In this document: positions 50,437 through 64,000 of the stretch, piece by piece
Position numbering within the stretch: the first letter of the stretch is position 1
Layout: each line of letters begins with the position of its first letter
Source: Nageia nagi
Taxonomy: Eukaryota; Plantae; Pinophyta
Assembly: GCA_050084985.1 (NCBI GenBank)
Contig: JBITNC010000001.1
Coordinates: 198,524,001 to 198,588,000 of the forward strand
Length of the DNA: 64,000 bases
Direction: 5' to 3'
Position numbers and translations under genes: made by a program
The notes under the pieces: generated by a model
Databases searched by the model: none
Told to the model about the DNA's origin: nothing
The model's input: the letters and a program-made list of their open reading frames with translations, nothing else

Positions 50437-51974
50437 TTACATAATACAGACAAACTTCTCATCCAAGTATAGTCCATGAGAGACCACGATGATGAGGTCA
50501 AGGTATTCCCTAATATCTAAGCAATCCAATTCTACCACCACTTATAGAAGTATGTATTAATGAATGGAAATAACAAACTTAATATCCCAGCAATTGCAGC
50601 GTATAATAAGCTTATTAAAAACCTTGTCCACTCTGCAAGAATTAGCCAGCATTTGTTTTTGCTTGATGCCTTAAATAACAGAGAATTAGAATGGCTAGAA
50701 ACTTTAGCTCTCTTCAATATGAGACAAAAGATCAGTAGACTACTCATTTTTCAAAAGTGTATATTACTAGGCATTATTGATAACAAGAAGTGCATGAACT
50801 TTTAGTACCATATATGGGAGAAAAGACATAAACGAGATAACTCCTGGAAATAAATATAAATTTCTTCAATCATATCTTGTTAGATATGAAGGCAGCCACC
50901 CATTGCTAAAATAAGAAAAGGGCATTGAACCCTAATTCTACATTATTCTCACACTATCAATTTCAAAAGTTTTGAATGTCACTTGCAAATATTTCTCAAC
51001 TTTAAAACCACCCCAACTAAAGATAATTCAGAAATATGATGGGAGAAAGAAACACTTAAGAACCATAATTCTATATTTTGATCTGCAAAACTTTCATAGG
51101 ATCTATCAACTGAATATTGTAATCATGACTGCAAAATACCTCCAACCTCAAACTAACATGGAAACATTATATACACTTTTATACCCGCAATGAATGGCTG
51201 TAGATACTTAAAATTGATTTAAGTCAATTAAAGCATCTATTTTTAAAATGAATATATAATGTGGATCTATCAATTAAGAACAACAACTAGGGTAAACAAG
51301 ATATTCCAATTAACGAATGATCTACCTATTGGATTAGGACCTTGTCTCTATTGAACTTGAATTTGCAAATGAAAGTAAATACCTATCAACCTTATTTATT
51401 GAGTTAATCGATCATCAAATAGGATCTCACCAACTGTTACCAAGTAGCTCATGAAATTTGAGATGTTGTTCACAAGTTTTATGCGTAGGCGCATAGACTT
51501 CTAATTTTGAGTCTATGTGTCGACACAAAGATTTCTTAGCAATTGAATTTTGACAAAAGCATAGGGTTTGGGATGCCTATCAAGATTCCTAATCTAACAA
51601 CAAAATAACAAAATGAAGTGATAAAGCTGTTAGAAATATTATAGATTGATTTATTAGGTGTTAGAGAGATTTACTAGTATCTTAACTATATGTCTTGTTT
51701 CTCGAATACATGATAGTCTTAGGGTGTAGTTACAACAACTTGGTCAAAGTTGTTAGTCTATATATATATTGTATCTCCTTATTTATATGATGTAATACAA
51801 AATGAATATAGCAGGTGCTTCAATATTTTCAATATGGTATCAGAGCAGGTTTATTCATCTTGAGGTTGAGAGAAGAGAGATGGGCTAGTGAGGTTGCCCT
51901 CCCACCTGATTATGTGGAGAAATTGGATTTTATTCCTCTGTTGCAGATAGATTTGTAAATATGAAGTTTAGATA

Positions 51975-52940
51975 TTTTTATTTTATTTATTTATTTTTTA
52001 GTAGAAAGAAAGAAAATATATTAATGTCCATGGGTGACCAAAAGCAATCAATGGGACTGTGAGATACAAATGTATAAAGCAACAAGTGGCGCCCTAGGTG
52101 GCCCACACTAGAACAACCTAAGAAAAACAATGCAAAAATACAATAGAGGGGCTACACCCTAAAAAGGAATACATAGTCGAACAATAAAACAAAATAGTCA
52201 AGATCAATCCAGGGGGAGGACTCTCCTCTAGACAACGCAGTTGGGTTCCCCTTGGTCTATGGAAACTATGGGCACACAAGCTCTACTAAAGCTAAAGAAG
52301 GATGTGATCCGCTAAGATTGTTGAGGAATAGGACCAACACATACTCGATGTTTGGTGCGTCGAGTAGGCGGAATAGTGTCATCTCCTCCTCTTACAAGCT
52401 CCCTCCTCCGAAGAGGCTTGAAAGAAAGAAGTAATCAGGCGATCACCTATCGGGTGTTGGGTGTCGGCTAAGAGACATTTCTTGAGAAAGAATGCCTCCT
52501 TGAGATAGAGTGCCACACAAAGTTGGTACAAGAACTAAAAGAAGGTTGAGATTAAGCTATGGAAGTCTCGAAAAAGAAAATGGTATCATCCCCAAATCTC
52601 ATAGTAAACTGAGCACCTAAAGATGAAGTAGTCCTTGATCTCTGGCTCCAACGAGTAGTCAACATACTCGAAGTTCACGTGTTAGATGGTGATCAGTCTT
52701 GATCTATAGCTAATGGGAGCACAATTTGAACTGTCCAAGGAACATCCTCATCCCAAGAGGGAGGTGTAAACTGGTGAAACAAGGTGGGATTACTAATCCT
52801 CTAATAATCTGTAAGAAATGGCAGGAGTAAGGTTGAATATATGCCCTGTAAATTGCGTCTTTGATCAATGACAATGTATCATCTAGGTCTTTGTGTGTCT
52901 CCTTGAGGTATAGGTAGCCAGTCATGGGAAAACCCAAATT
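51975..52940 (-). mobile_element. Decayed LINE 3' fragment
   Basis: Minus-strand RFGDDTIFF (FADDT-like RT motif) at ~52575-52600. A-rich tail (T-rich on plus) at ~51975-52000. Confidence 0.4.
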
Positions 52941-53399
52941 GTTGTAATCATAGAATTAAAAAAATTCCATTTAAATGTCAAAAATGCCGTTTTTTGAAAA
53001 AATTTGTATTTTCCCTTAAAAAAGGCCATTTTTTTCTTAGATCATTTAAAGAGGCAAAAAATGTTGAATACGAGTTGAAAACATGGTTGTATTTGCCATA
53101 CTTACTGTACTTTTTGTATTTGGCATTTAAACGACCAAAAAAATGCATAAAAGCCTTGCTGTACCCACCATACTTGCCATATTTTACGTTTTTTTCTCCT
53201 TTTTTGTCCTTTTTCCCAAATTTGGCAATTTTTTTTGTTATGAACTTTTTCCACTTTTTTGGCATTTTTTCCATATTTACGAATTTTAAAATCCACAAAT
53301 TTTTGCCGTATTCACCATACTTTGACCTTTTTTTGTCCTTTTTATGTATTTGGCCTTGGACAACATTTTCAAAAAACCTTTTTTTTTAATGGTTGTAAT

Positions 53400-53800
53400 G
53401 CCTCTGTGGCCTTGATGCACAAACACCAACAACATCCCTGTGCTATCAGATCCATCGATGAGGTCAAAGCTCTAAGGGGGAGTCAATCACCTTCTCCAAT
53501 GGATGCAAGGCTATGAAGACGAAGGAGAAAAAGAATGTTGCAAGCGACCACATCTGTAGAGGTTGGCAGTCAAACTCAACCAACATGATGTGGTGTGGGA
53601 CGGTCCTCTTGCTCTGAATGGAATGGGACAAAGTGCCAACCAGGATCCTCTCAACTGTGGCCCAATCTAGGCTCTTCATATTGGGGCCCCAAACCTCGGC
53701 ACCATAAAGCACTATGGTGGTGAACAGAGAAAATCTAATTTGAAACAAAGGCCTAGCGTAAAGCAAAGAAGAATCTGTAGGACAATCCAAAATTTGTGAA
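53400..53800 (-). mobile_element. Non-LTR retrotransposon fragment (region C-terminal to RT)
   Basis: LFTTIVLYGAEVWG...VERI...I.SKRTVPHHIMLVEF..PL resembles the LLYGxEVWG motif downstream of LINE RT domains. Confidence 0.55.
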
Positions 53801-56293
53801 TTGTTCATCATGCCAGTTTCATCATTAGGCTTCACGAGTGTTGCTCCACTCAACGAGGACTCCTTTGGCTACATGAGGAGTGACGAGGTGCTTGTAGAGA
53901 TTTAGTGGGCTCCATGATGATGCCCTCCCCTCATAGGATCCATCACATTGTTCAAACACTACAAGATGTCGCTCAAAACATTGGCTTCAACGCCTTTATT
54001 GGGTTCTCTTGCAAGAGATGTGGAAACCAACATGTCGCTGAAAAGACTCAATGTACACCCATTTTCTAGCACCTTGGGCTCCAAGAAGGTCCAATCAAAG
54101 ACTAATCTACACATGTTGGATAAAGATAAAGGCTTATGGTCATTTGTACATCACAAGAACTATGCATCACCAAGTCTAGCATGAAGATTTATACCAACTT
54201 CCTTGTTTCAACGAAGTCATCGAGGAAATGGCAGATTTTCATGATTGGGAACATTTGATCTTACATTGTTGTAAAAGGATTGGTGAGTACAGGCCATTGC
54301 TCTCAATCTCATTGACTTCAAGCGACACGAGGGCTTATTAGGCAACAAAGATTGTGTTTTTCCATTAGTAAGTTCCACAAAGTCTCACACGATTGTCAAA
54401 AGAACCACACTATGGAAGTTGTTCGTTGCATGATTGGAGATGAGTTGGCATTGACTACATTTTTATTGTGCCAAGTGGCACCACCTCCACCCACCTATGA
54501 TCAAGTGACAACTTCGTTCATTCTGCTTGGAAGATTTCTTCACAAAGATATTTGACAGAGTGCACAAATACATGTGCACTTTGTTTGAAGATGCTTGACC
54601 TACAATTGACATAATGAACCTCATATGCAATAATTTGTTCTATTACACTTGGCGGTTGCAATGACTGGTGATCCATGCAGTCCAGTAAGATGAGGAGACT
54701 ACCATAAGGATGCTCAAGAATGCTCATGGAGAAAAAGCAAGCTTTAAAATTGTATACATGTGAGTGGATGTGTTTGTCCCCATTCACACATGGATTGCAA
54801 GTTGCCAAAAACTTGAATGGTAAAGTTTTCCAAGCTACTGGAAGCTTGTAATGATGGTTGGATGTGTTTGTCCCGACCACATTTTATGGATGTTAATGAT
54901 TGGATGTGTCTCCAATCATAATGGTTGAAAATAGATGTGTTCTTCCATGTTTAAACCTTGAAGTTTGGCCATGGATAGATGTATTTATCCCTATCCTTTC
55001 TTAGTTGTGACAATGCCCAGACTTTGTCATGGAAGTTACTCTTAAGGGGGGCAAACTTCCAAAACTTCCTTTGTTGGTGGTTGGATGTGATGGTAGTCAG
55101 TACCACATGAAGAATGAAAGAGTCGTAAATACCCAAGTCATTACCACATGAAGAATGAAGATGGCAAATGCCCAAACATTCCGATATGAAAATTTAGTGA
55201 GTCCATTACCATTGAGAAATAATTTTGTTGATGTAATGATAAAATCTAGAGATTTGTCACTAAGAGAGGGTGTTATAAATGTTATAGGTTGATATATTAG
55301 GTGTTAGGGAGATTTATTAGTATCTTAACAATATGTCTTGATTAAAGGGTAGGTGATATTCTTAGTGTTTTGTTACAACAACTTGATCAAAATTGTTAGC
55401 CTATTTCTATATTGTATCCCCTTATTTATATGTTGTAATACAAAGTGAATATAGTGGGTGCTTCAATATTTTCAATGGAAGCACGATAGGAATAGAAAAT
55501 TTAGATCTTGATATGTGGTACCAAGAAATATCGTTCAGATCCAATAATTAGAATCATAAAATCTGTAAAGAGAGATCTATAAAGGTCTGATAGTTATCTC
55601 ATGATCACATCTCTCTTTTTATAGGCAAGCTACCACAACACCTTGCTTAGCACTACTTGGAACTTACAGCACAAAATAAAGAAATGGATGAGATAACAAA
55701 GCAATATTGTAATGAATGATAAATCTTAAAAGAGATGTCCAGAATATAACACTAATTAATCTCTTTTTCTGGATACCTGAAATATGATCTTTAAATATAT
55801 AAAATCATATTTGTGTCTATAGATGCCATTTTGTGGATATGTGGTGGCAGGCCCATCCACATAAAAGGATGGAAAAGGAAATACTCCCCTAAAATTTCAT
55901 CTTGGCAACAGCATGGAGTGCCTCTTTTTGCCATCAATTTTCTGCCCTCTCTCTGCCTTTGTTGCATCGTGAAGGAGACACTAAGAGGAATGTATCAAGG
56001 CAAAGATACTTGAAAAGGACAGCAAGAAAAGTGACTACAAGCAACATATCATCTCATATCTCACTATTAGCTCAAAGATGAAATCAACATGATATTTCAA
56101 TAGCTCATATGTAAAGACCTAGCAATATCTCATCATATCATCAATGTACCAATCATATCTCACAAGGAAGAATATAGCAATGTAAAGTAGTAATGTAAAG
56201 GAATTAAAGACACATCCATGGGAATGGACAGGATACTTGTTGCCCCAAGTATCAAATGGGAAATGACTAACATCATGGGGTTGCCTTTATGAG

Positions 56294-56497
56294 CACTCTT
56301 CACCCAAGCACCAAAAGGAATACTTTATGGCCAAAGAATCAAAAGCATTGTGTATAACATCATGATGGACACTCTTTGCCCAAGCACCAAAAGGGATACT
56401 TTATGGCCAAAGAATCAAACATAGTGAGAATAACATCATGATAAACACTCTTCACCCAAGCACCAAAAGGGATACTTTATGGCCAAAGTATCAAACA
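56294..56497. repeat. 76-bp tandem repeat, ~2.7 copies
   Basis: CACTCTTCACCCAAGCACCAAAAGGGATACTTTATGGCCAAAG starts at 56294, 56370 and 56446. Confidence 0.9.
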
Positions 56498-57019
56498 CAA
56501 AAAGAAGATTTTTTTGAATGTAACGAATGTTGAATTGTAAAGATTGCAATAAGTTAGAGAGGGATGGTAAAGAGATGTAAAGAACCAATACCTACATTTA
56601 CCTGTAGAGAAAAGGAAGCAAGAAGTGTGGTCTGAATTGAGCTATACTAACTTTGAACTAATACCTACCAAACTCATCTGAAAATAAACCAAATTCTGAA
56701 ACTTAGTTGATGCACTATTTATCTGTATGCTCTTCTTATTGCCCGCATGCACCAGCTCATGGAAACTAGGAAGATTTACCTCCAATATTCCTATCTAAGG
56801 AAGCTTATGCACTGATCAACTCAATTTTGTTTGTATACCTCCAAATTTTTGTATGTAAAGGCAACTATAATTCACCTGTACCATTTTAACCGAGTCTATG
56901 GCCAACTAAATTAACTATCTTATTTGTTTTGCCCCAATATGTGTACCACCATTCAAAAACTAAAATTTACCTTAAATTCTAACTACCCCCAATAAGTTAA
57001 CTGAATATGATCCTATGAA

Positions 57020-60000
57020 TGTGATGATCCAAAACAGATCTCAAGCAAATATCAGCAAATTCAATTACAATCAGATCAAACTAGGGCATCCAATTTACAA
57101 ATACAAACCCTAGAATGCCAACGTTGAGCTCCCACAAGCACATTAAAATCACACAATGCCAACAATGGGTCTTCTTAGCACATACACACCCTTCAATGCC
57201 AACGATGGGCCAAATCCAACCATACACAACACAATATGCCCACAAAGCCAACGTCTAACCAACACATGCATAAATGCACCAAACGATGCCAAAACAGGAA
57301 TACAATACTAAGATCCAAAGTGCCCACGGCTTATATTATCATGAACGATGAGATACAATACATAAGCAAGCCCAAAGGGCTGAGGTTAGCCTCCTAGGAG
57401 CTGAACTAGACCAAACAAACTATCTGATGATGTTGGACGTACAATGGGACAGTAGCACCTCCTCACAATTTAACTCCTCCCCACCGAAGGGGCCCTCCTC
57501 AAATCTGGATAACCACTCACATGGTAGAGACTCCGCCTCATATACTACCGGATGGGCAATGGTGCTCCACCAATGTCGTAGATTGCCAAGATCCCTCAGC
57601 TTGACAATTCTCTTAGGTGCTCCACCTAAGGAATACACTCAGCACTCCGCTAAGGTTGTGTCCACTAGACGATATGTAAGAGTAGAAGTAATAAATATCT
57701 AGTGCCCATCAACGAGGTTCCAAGCCTCCTTTATAGCATTCTAGATCGCGGGATCTAGCCTCTAAGTCATCACCTAGATCCATGACCCCAACGTTAGCCT
57801 CCAAAGTGCCCGAGATGCCCAACATGGGTGCCTAGAAGTCAAGCATGCCAATGTGGGTCTCATGAGTGCCCAAGGTTGGCACTAGCACTTACGTGCCTTA
57901 TTCGGACCACAAGTTTACAAATTTGTCTTGGGATTCCCACAATCAATCCTTGGGATCTAAGAGCTCAATACAACATAAATACACACTTAACTATACTCGG
58001 GAAGGAAACGTCCCACTAGGGGCTCACAAGTGGGGTCAAATAAGACAAAAGGAACATTACTAAGATGTTCCAAACGAACACTACTATTCTTTATTATAAT
58101 ACAAAAGGAACATCACAAAGCCTCCTCCCTAGAATTGCTTGCCCTCAAGCAATGGTGGAAGATGGAAGTATATTGTCTTCCAAGAATCCTTTGGTGATGA
58201 TGTTCCGATAACTCCAAGCTAGAATTATTCACCATTGGGCAAAGCAAAGTTGTCATGAGAGTCTTTGGTTGATCTTGCTTCTGCAATGTGCCAAAATCTA
58301 CAGCTACCATCAAGTACCTGCAACCATGGAAACCAAAGTGAGCAAAAATAGGTTGAACCTTCGTTCCAAGTCCCAGTCCTCCTCAAAGTGATGCAACAGA
58401 TTGCACCTCTACTCAATAGCACCCATTTTCCTCCTCCTAGGCATAAGGCAAAGTGATAGAGCCCTTCCAAGCTCCACATGGTGTCCCCATCTACCCCGTA
58501 ACACAACGTGGGGCATCTTGCTAGTGTGTGGCTCATCGTGGGGCAATCATTTGCTTTAACACTGAACGTGGGGTGTCCAAGCTCCCCAAAACTCCTTTTG
58601 ATCTACTTCGTTGCCTCTAGCGTGGCAAGCCCGAACTCCTCTAGGCTTGACGTGGTATGTGCAAATCCCCATGATGCCAACGTGGGCAGTCCTGGATCCT
58701 CCAGGCCTAATGTGGGGTCAGTTGTCACCTCCTCACCTAACGTGAGGTCCTCTACTCTTTCCAACTCCATCGTTAGCCTAGACTGCTTTGTCAGCTTCAA
58801 CATGCGAGTTACAGGCTCCTTCCATCTCAACGTCCCCCTTCTTGGCTTCCTAGGATGAAACGTAGTGTGCTTATTTGTTGTTTCTGCCTCCTCCTTCTGA
58901 CACCACTCGATCACCTCTAGTCTCTTTTTGTCAATTTTGGGACAATCATCCCTGATCCCCTGCAAGGTATGAGTCTTCCCATCAACTTCGAAGCTCATGT
59001 TGAGCTTTTGATAGTTGGTGTGGATGTCCCCAAGGTCGAACAACCACTATACTCCCAAAATAATATGAGGATGCACTTTAAGAGGGTAAAGGTAGAAATC
59101 CTCCCTCACCACACAACTCTGTAAACAAACTCCAAATCTCTCCATAATGTGATCAACAAGAGTGAGCTTCCCATTGGCATTCGAAACTCGAAATCCCTTG
59201 AATCCTTTGGTCTTCAATCCCTTAAGTTCCGCAAACCCTACATCAATGAAGTTGTGTGAGGCACCGGGATCTATCAACACCATCACATCCTTTCCTCCAG
59301 CCTGCCTGATCACCTTCAATGTTAAGTACTTCTTGAATCCATGCAGAGACTATCATGCTACCTAGGGTCCCCTCAACTCTAGGTGTTCCTAGGTCCATGG
59401 CATCACCTCCAAGATCCATATCTGAATATTCCAATCCATCCTCTTACCACACTTCCACGTAGTGCACCTGCCCTTTTCCTAGACAACGATGCCCAGGCTT
59501 CCATTACTTCTTGTAGTAGAATCACTTCCCCTCTTCTCTCAACTTCCTCTTGGTGGCTGAATCCAACTAATCTACTCGTGGTGTAGTGGGTTTGGCCTTG
59601 CTAGGCCCCTCTTTATCTACAAATGGCTTTTTCGTGAATCCTCCCCTTTGAATCGGGCCACTCCTAAGGGATCTCACAGTGGGCTCGAGATCGTATGCAA
59701 ATAGAATCGCGTCATTAAGGCTCCTAGGGGAGGATACCTTGACCATGCCTCATAGGGGTTCCATTAAACCCTCAATAAATATGAAGACTAATCTATCCTC
59801 TGGAAGGTGATGAATCATAACTACAATTTTCTGAAACTCCGTAACATATCCGTCTACTAAATCCTGTTGTCTCAGAGTAGTCAAATCTTGGAAGTAATCA
59901 TTTTCCTTCTTCCAATCAAACCGTTTCACCAATCTCCGTGCGAACTCAACAAAGGTTGCAATACCCGAATACCCTTGACTAATCACCCCGTGCTACCACC

Positions 60001-62005
60001 ACTCCAAAGCATCTCCCTCAAGATGCAACATGGCAAAGTGGACAGCTTCCTCTTCTTCCATGTTCGGATTTAGAGTGAAAAAGGTTTGCAGTTGATGCAA
60101 CCAAGCCCTAGCTATCATCTTCTGCCCATCATACATAGGCACCTGAAGCTTACTGATTTTGTGGTGCAAGTCTTTCCTTTCCGAACGTGCATTACTAGGA
60201 GTGTGAGGGCCGTGAGCATGCCCTCCCTTCAACCCTAACAACTCAAGATATCCATTGAAGTCCACATTTCTCCTCAACCCTGGCTCCAACGATGTGTAAT
60301 CTCAAAAAATCTAATTCAACTCAACTGGTCCAGGCACCCTACTCTTCTGCTCCTCCCTGGTCTTCTTAGTGAACATGGGCTTAGGGGGTCGTGGGATAAG
60401 GGGTTGCTCCTCCACCTTGCCAACATCCTCCTCTAGGTATCTCCCTACGAGAGGGTTTGTTCCTTGCTATGCTCGGTATGATTGAGACCTCCCAAATGCC
60501 ATTTCCTATCGAATTGGGGATCCATGATGAGTAGATTCCCGATCCTCCTCACTGGACTCCCTTCTGTCTTCCTATGTCTCACGTAACCTTCTTTCTAGCT
60601 CAACCGGTGCTCCCCAATGATGGTTCATCTGCTGTTGCATGGACATGACGACTATTGTCATGCTCTAGATGGTTGCAATGAGCTCATTAAACCGTCGTTC
60701 GAGCATGGATTCCTGGGTGGGTGTGGGACTCCTTCGCTTGTTAGATCCAGACCTCTCCCCATGCGTGGCTCCTTCCTCTAGGATCTCCTCATTTTGAGGT
60801 TGCTCATTCATCTAGTGGTGTGGCTCTTCTCCTTGACCCTCAGGTCGTCCTCTTCTTCTTGCAAACGCCATCTCCCTTCTGGTACTGGATCTGGTGTAAT
60901 ATTGGTGAATAACTAGTCATTCACAAACTAGCTCGATCTTAGGCTTTAATACCACTATGATGATCCAAAACAGATCTCAAGCAAATTCAATTACAATCAA
61001 ACCAAACTAGGGCATCCAATTTACGAATACAAACCCTAGGATGCCAACATTGAGCTCCCACAAGCACATTAACATCACACAATGCCAACAATGGGTCTTC
61101 CTAGCACATACACACCCTTCAATGCCAACGATGGGCCAAATACAACCATACACAACACAATAATGCCCACAAAGCCAACGTCTGACCAACACATGCACAA
61201 ATGCACCAAACGATGCCAAAACAGGAATACAATACTAAGATCCAAAGTGCCCATGGATTATATTATCATGAACAATGAGATACAATGCATAAGCAAGCCC
61301 AAAGGGCTAACATCAGCCTCCTGGGAGCTAAACTAGGCCAAACAAACTATTTGATGATGTTGGACGTACAATGGGATAGCAGTGCCTCCTCACAATTTAA
61401 CTCCTCCCCACCGAAGGGGCCCGCCTCAGATCTAGATAACCACTTGCATGGTAGAGACTCCACCTCGAATACTACCGGATGGGCAATGGTGCTCCACCAG
61501 TGCTATAGATTGCCAAGATCCCTCAGCTTGACAATCCTCTTAGGTGCTTCACCTAAGGAATACACTCAATGCTCCAAGCCTCCTTTATAACCTCCTAGAT
61601 CATGGGATCTGGCCTTGAAGTCATCACCTAGATCCATTGCCCCAACGTTAGCCTCCAAAGTGCCCGGGATGCCCAACGTGGGTGCCTAGAATTCAAGCAT
61701 GCCAACATGGGTCTCCTGGGTTCCATAAATGCTCACGTTAGGTCCAGGGGGTGCAACGCATGCCTACGTGGATAAAGGGATCATGCGTGGGGGCCTAGGT
61801 GTCAAGTTGTGCCAATGTGGGACCTAGGAATCATCCCAAGGTTGGCGCTAGCACTTAAGTGCCTTATCCGGACCACAAATTTACAAATTCGTCTTGTGAT
61901 TCCCACAATCAATCCTCGAGATCTCCAAGCTCAATACAACATAAAAACACACTTAACTATACTTGGGAGGGAAACGTGCCACTAGGGGCTCACAAGTGGG
62001 GTCAA
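57020..62005 (-). mobile_element. Gypsy LTR element encoding only gag and protease; 5' LTR interrupted or truncated near 62005
   Basis: 3' LTR 57020-58117 and 5' LTR from 60956 to ~62005. PBS TGGTATTAAAGC (60943-60954, minus) and PPT AGGGAGGAGG (minus, ~58121-58130). Confidence 0.9.
58950..60300 (-). pseudogene. gag: Gypsy gag and aspartic protease remnant
   Basis: YDGQ..ARAWLHQLQTFF...FAMLHLEGDALEWW, LTTLRQ...VDGYVTEFQ...FIEGL and VLIDPGASHNFID...IILGV. No RT or integrase core before the PPT. Confidence 0.9.
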
Positions 62006-62044
62006 TGACCCATTCAATCCTATCCAAGTTTACATCCAATTTCT

Positions 62045-63058
62045 TGTCATATCTTGTGAGTTTGGCATCAATAGCTTAGACGTTGGGTTTGTGGATGCTA
62101 TATTTTGTTATCTTGCCATTTTTGCCTAGACGTTGAGCTTGCATGAGTTAATCTAGCACTTTGAGGCTAGACGTTAGCTTTCTTGCATCCATATTTGGCT
62201 CATGGACTTGGACGTGGTGTTTTTGGCTTGCTATTCTACCTTCAAGGCAAGATGTTTTGCATTTGCAGTAATTGGATAGGGCATTTGGGGAGTTTTTAGC
62301 ACTTAGATGGCTTAATTGGTATTTTTGGTGAATTTTAATATTTTTTGTGAGCCCCTTTGGCACGATTCTGAATCAGCCCTAGTCCGGAATATTTCATTGA
62401 GTTAAATAGGTATCATTAGAATTAGGTTAAAAAGAGGTCGAAAAGTCTCCAGAAGTTGAGACATTTTGTAACTGAAATAAATTAGGCAAAGAGTCAAGTT
62501 GTTTCACCTCCCTTCAATCTTATAAAAGGAGGATGTAAACATTTTGGTAGATCTCTCTCGCGATGTAAGAAGCTAATGTATTTTTGAAGACTAAGAATAA
62601 ATAAAAGAAGATTTTGACTACTTTCATGTTGTCATTTTGTTGATATTGTTGTTGCATGTATGTTTTGTTTACAAGTTAATCAGTGAACTGGCATTACATG
62701 TGACTGTTTTATCTTCTTATGAGTTTTGCAAGCATTGCAGCAAAATTTATAAATGTTGGTAAAGATTAATACCAATGAATAAGTATTAATTTGAGCTTTC
62801 ATATTGATAAAAAGGAATTGCCATTACTATTTTCATCTATATGGGATTACTTTAAATGTTTAACCGGGCAAGCTTAGAAGCTAGGTTAAATTAAACTTCT
62901 TTTTCTAACTAGTTATATAATGGAAAAAGATAGTTTTTGGTTGAAGTTTTATGGAAGAATCCTTCGTTTCTGATCCAGTTAAAGAAGATTGAGCTTATTT
63001 GAGGACCACCTCGTTAAAAAAAAGGATTGTTTAATCTTGTTGTCCCCCTTGTTTAACA
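62045..63058 (+). mobile_element. Probable LTR fragment of another family
   Basis: TG start and TTTAACA end, GACGTT subrepeats, and TATAAAAGG at ~62521. No TSD or PBS confirmed. Confidence 0.3.
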
Positions 63059-64000
63059 AGGTACTTCAAGTAACTGTCGAATTCGTCTTTGACAAGGTGT
63101 TATGGTCATAGCATCAACATCTAGTCTGTGGTCACAAGATGTTTTAAAAATATCCATAATATTTTCACAAACCTTGCTATTCGGGACAACTTGCAGAAGA
63201 ACATGAGGATCACTCATTGATGACTGTTCTATACCAACTTTATCTATAACAGGAACTTCAAACTGTAAATTCTGAAGTTTTATATGATCTTTTTGCCTTT
63301 CATACTGATGTGACACAGTTTGTTGATCAAAAATGCCACATCCCATATAAACATGTATGTTCTCACAAACCGTAGTATCCAAAATAAATTGCTTGAATGC
63401 ATCAGCATTGAGGATCATTAGCCAATTCTTGCATCATGCCTGCTTTATCCAAAAGGTTTGCTTCTATCAACTGGCGATTTTCATTTGCTTTTGGAATTTG
63501 ATACTGATCCTGATTTTGTAGCTGTTTCTCAGGAGATTTTACTTGTATATCATTTTCCTTATCTTTCATATCTACATGATGTCATGATATGACTCTTCAC
63601 AGGGTGCATCATTTTGCTCATCAAAACCTTCATTTTGATATTTTTGTCTCAATCTTGCACTTCTTAATTTCTGAATAGATTTCTTTTTATTTTTTCTTAC
63701 CAAAGAAGGTATCCCAGGACTTGAATTCTGTTCATCCATGTTAGCTTCAACCATGACATTATCTACTAAGATGAATGCACCTATGATGAAGCTCAATAAA
63801 AAAAGCAATGATTTATATCTAGGATTTTCCAAATATATGCACAAAGAACACAATCCTAGATATAAATTTATTCTCTTTTCACAAATTCCAAAGAACCTTT
63901 TTTCCTCTATTGCCCACTTCCTCTCTGGTGTAACTTACTCACCCTCGTAGCTTATATATAAGACTCCCATAGCTAAGAATATATATTCTGTCATTAGATT

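Larger units (their letters stand above)
51628..55477 (+). mobile_element. Non-autonomous LTR element with 207-bp LTRs and mixed internal cargo
   Basis: LTRs 51628-51834 and 55271-55477. Perfect PBS TGGTATCAGAGC (51835-51846), PPT AAGAGAGGG and TSD AAAGC/GAAGC. Confidence 0.85.

Noticed and set aside
52978-53389. Lys- or Phe-rich ORFs on both strands
   Set aside because: Products of A/T-run low-complexity repeat DNA.
63053-63853. Minus-strand 121-aa and 93-aa ORFs at the window end
   Set aside because: No recognisable domain. Probably part of another decayed retroelement extending beyond the window.

Overview
AT-rich, repeat-saturated plant nuclear DNA, most likely a large-genome gymnosperm/conifer (inferred from TE families and intron size). 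The whole window appears to lie inside one host gene on the minus strand, auxin-binding protein 1 (ABP1). Only exon 2 (50242-50348) and exon 3 (13923-14126) were found, separated by a ~36.1 kb intron. No exon 1, 4 or 5 was recognised, so the flanking introns are probably >13 kb each. The introns are nested stacks of decayed TEs, most of them delimited by TG..CA ends, PBS/PPT and target-site duplications: a Copia containing a chromoviral Gypsy and a solo LTR, a pol-less LARD-like element, a gag-protease-only Gypsy, hAT elements and a MITE, and LINE fragments. The most unusual objects are three copies of a 6.0-6.6 kb TGTTG...CAACA unit (two complete with 5-bp TSDs, one partial). These look like giant solo LTRs, yet each complete copy carries a ~1,100-codon decayed ORF that is conserved between copies and lacks gag/pol motifs. 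All three copies also have a conserved 5' terminal hairpin and a copy-specific array of 42-50 bp palindromes. In addition, the ABP1 exon 2/exon 3 junction cannot be joined in frame with canonical GT-AG sites, because one G is missing at the acceptor.
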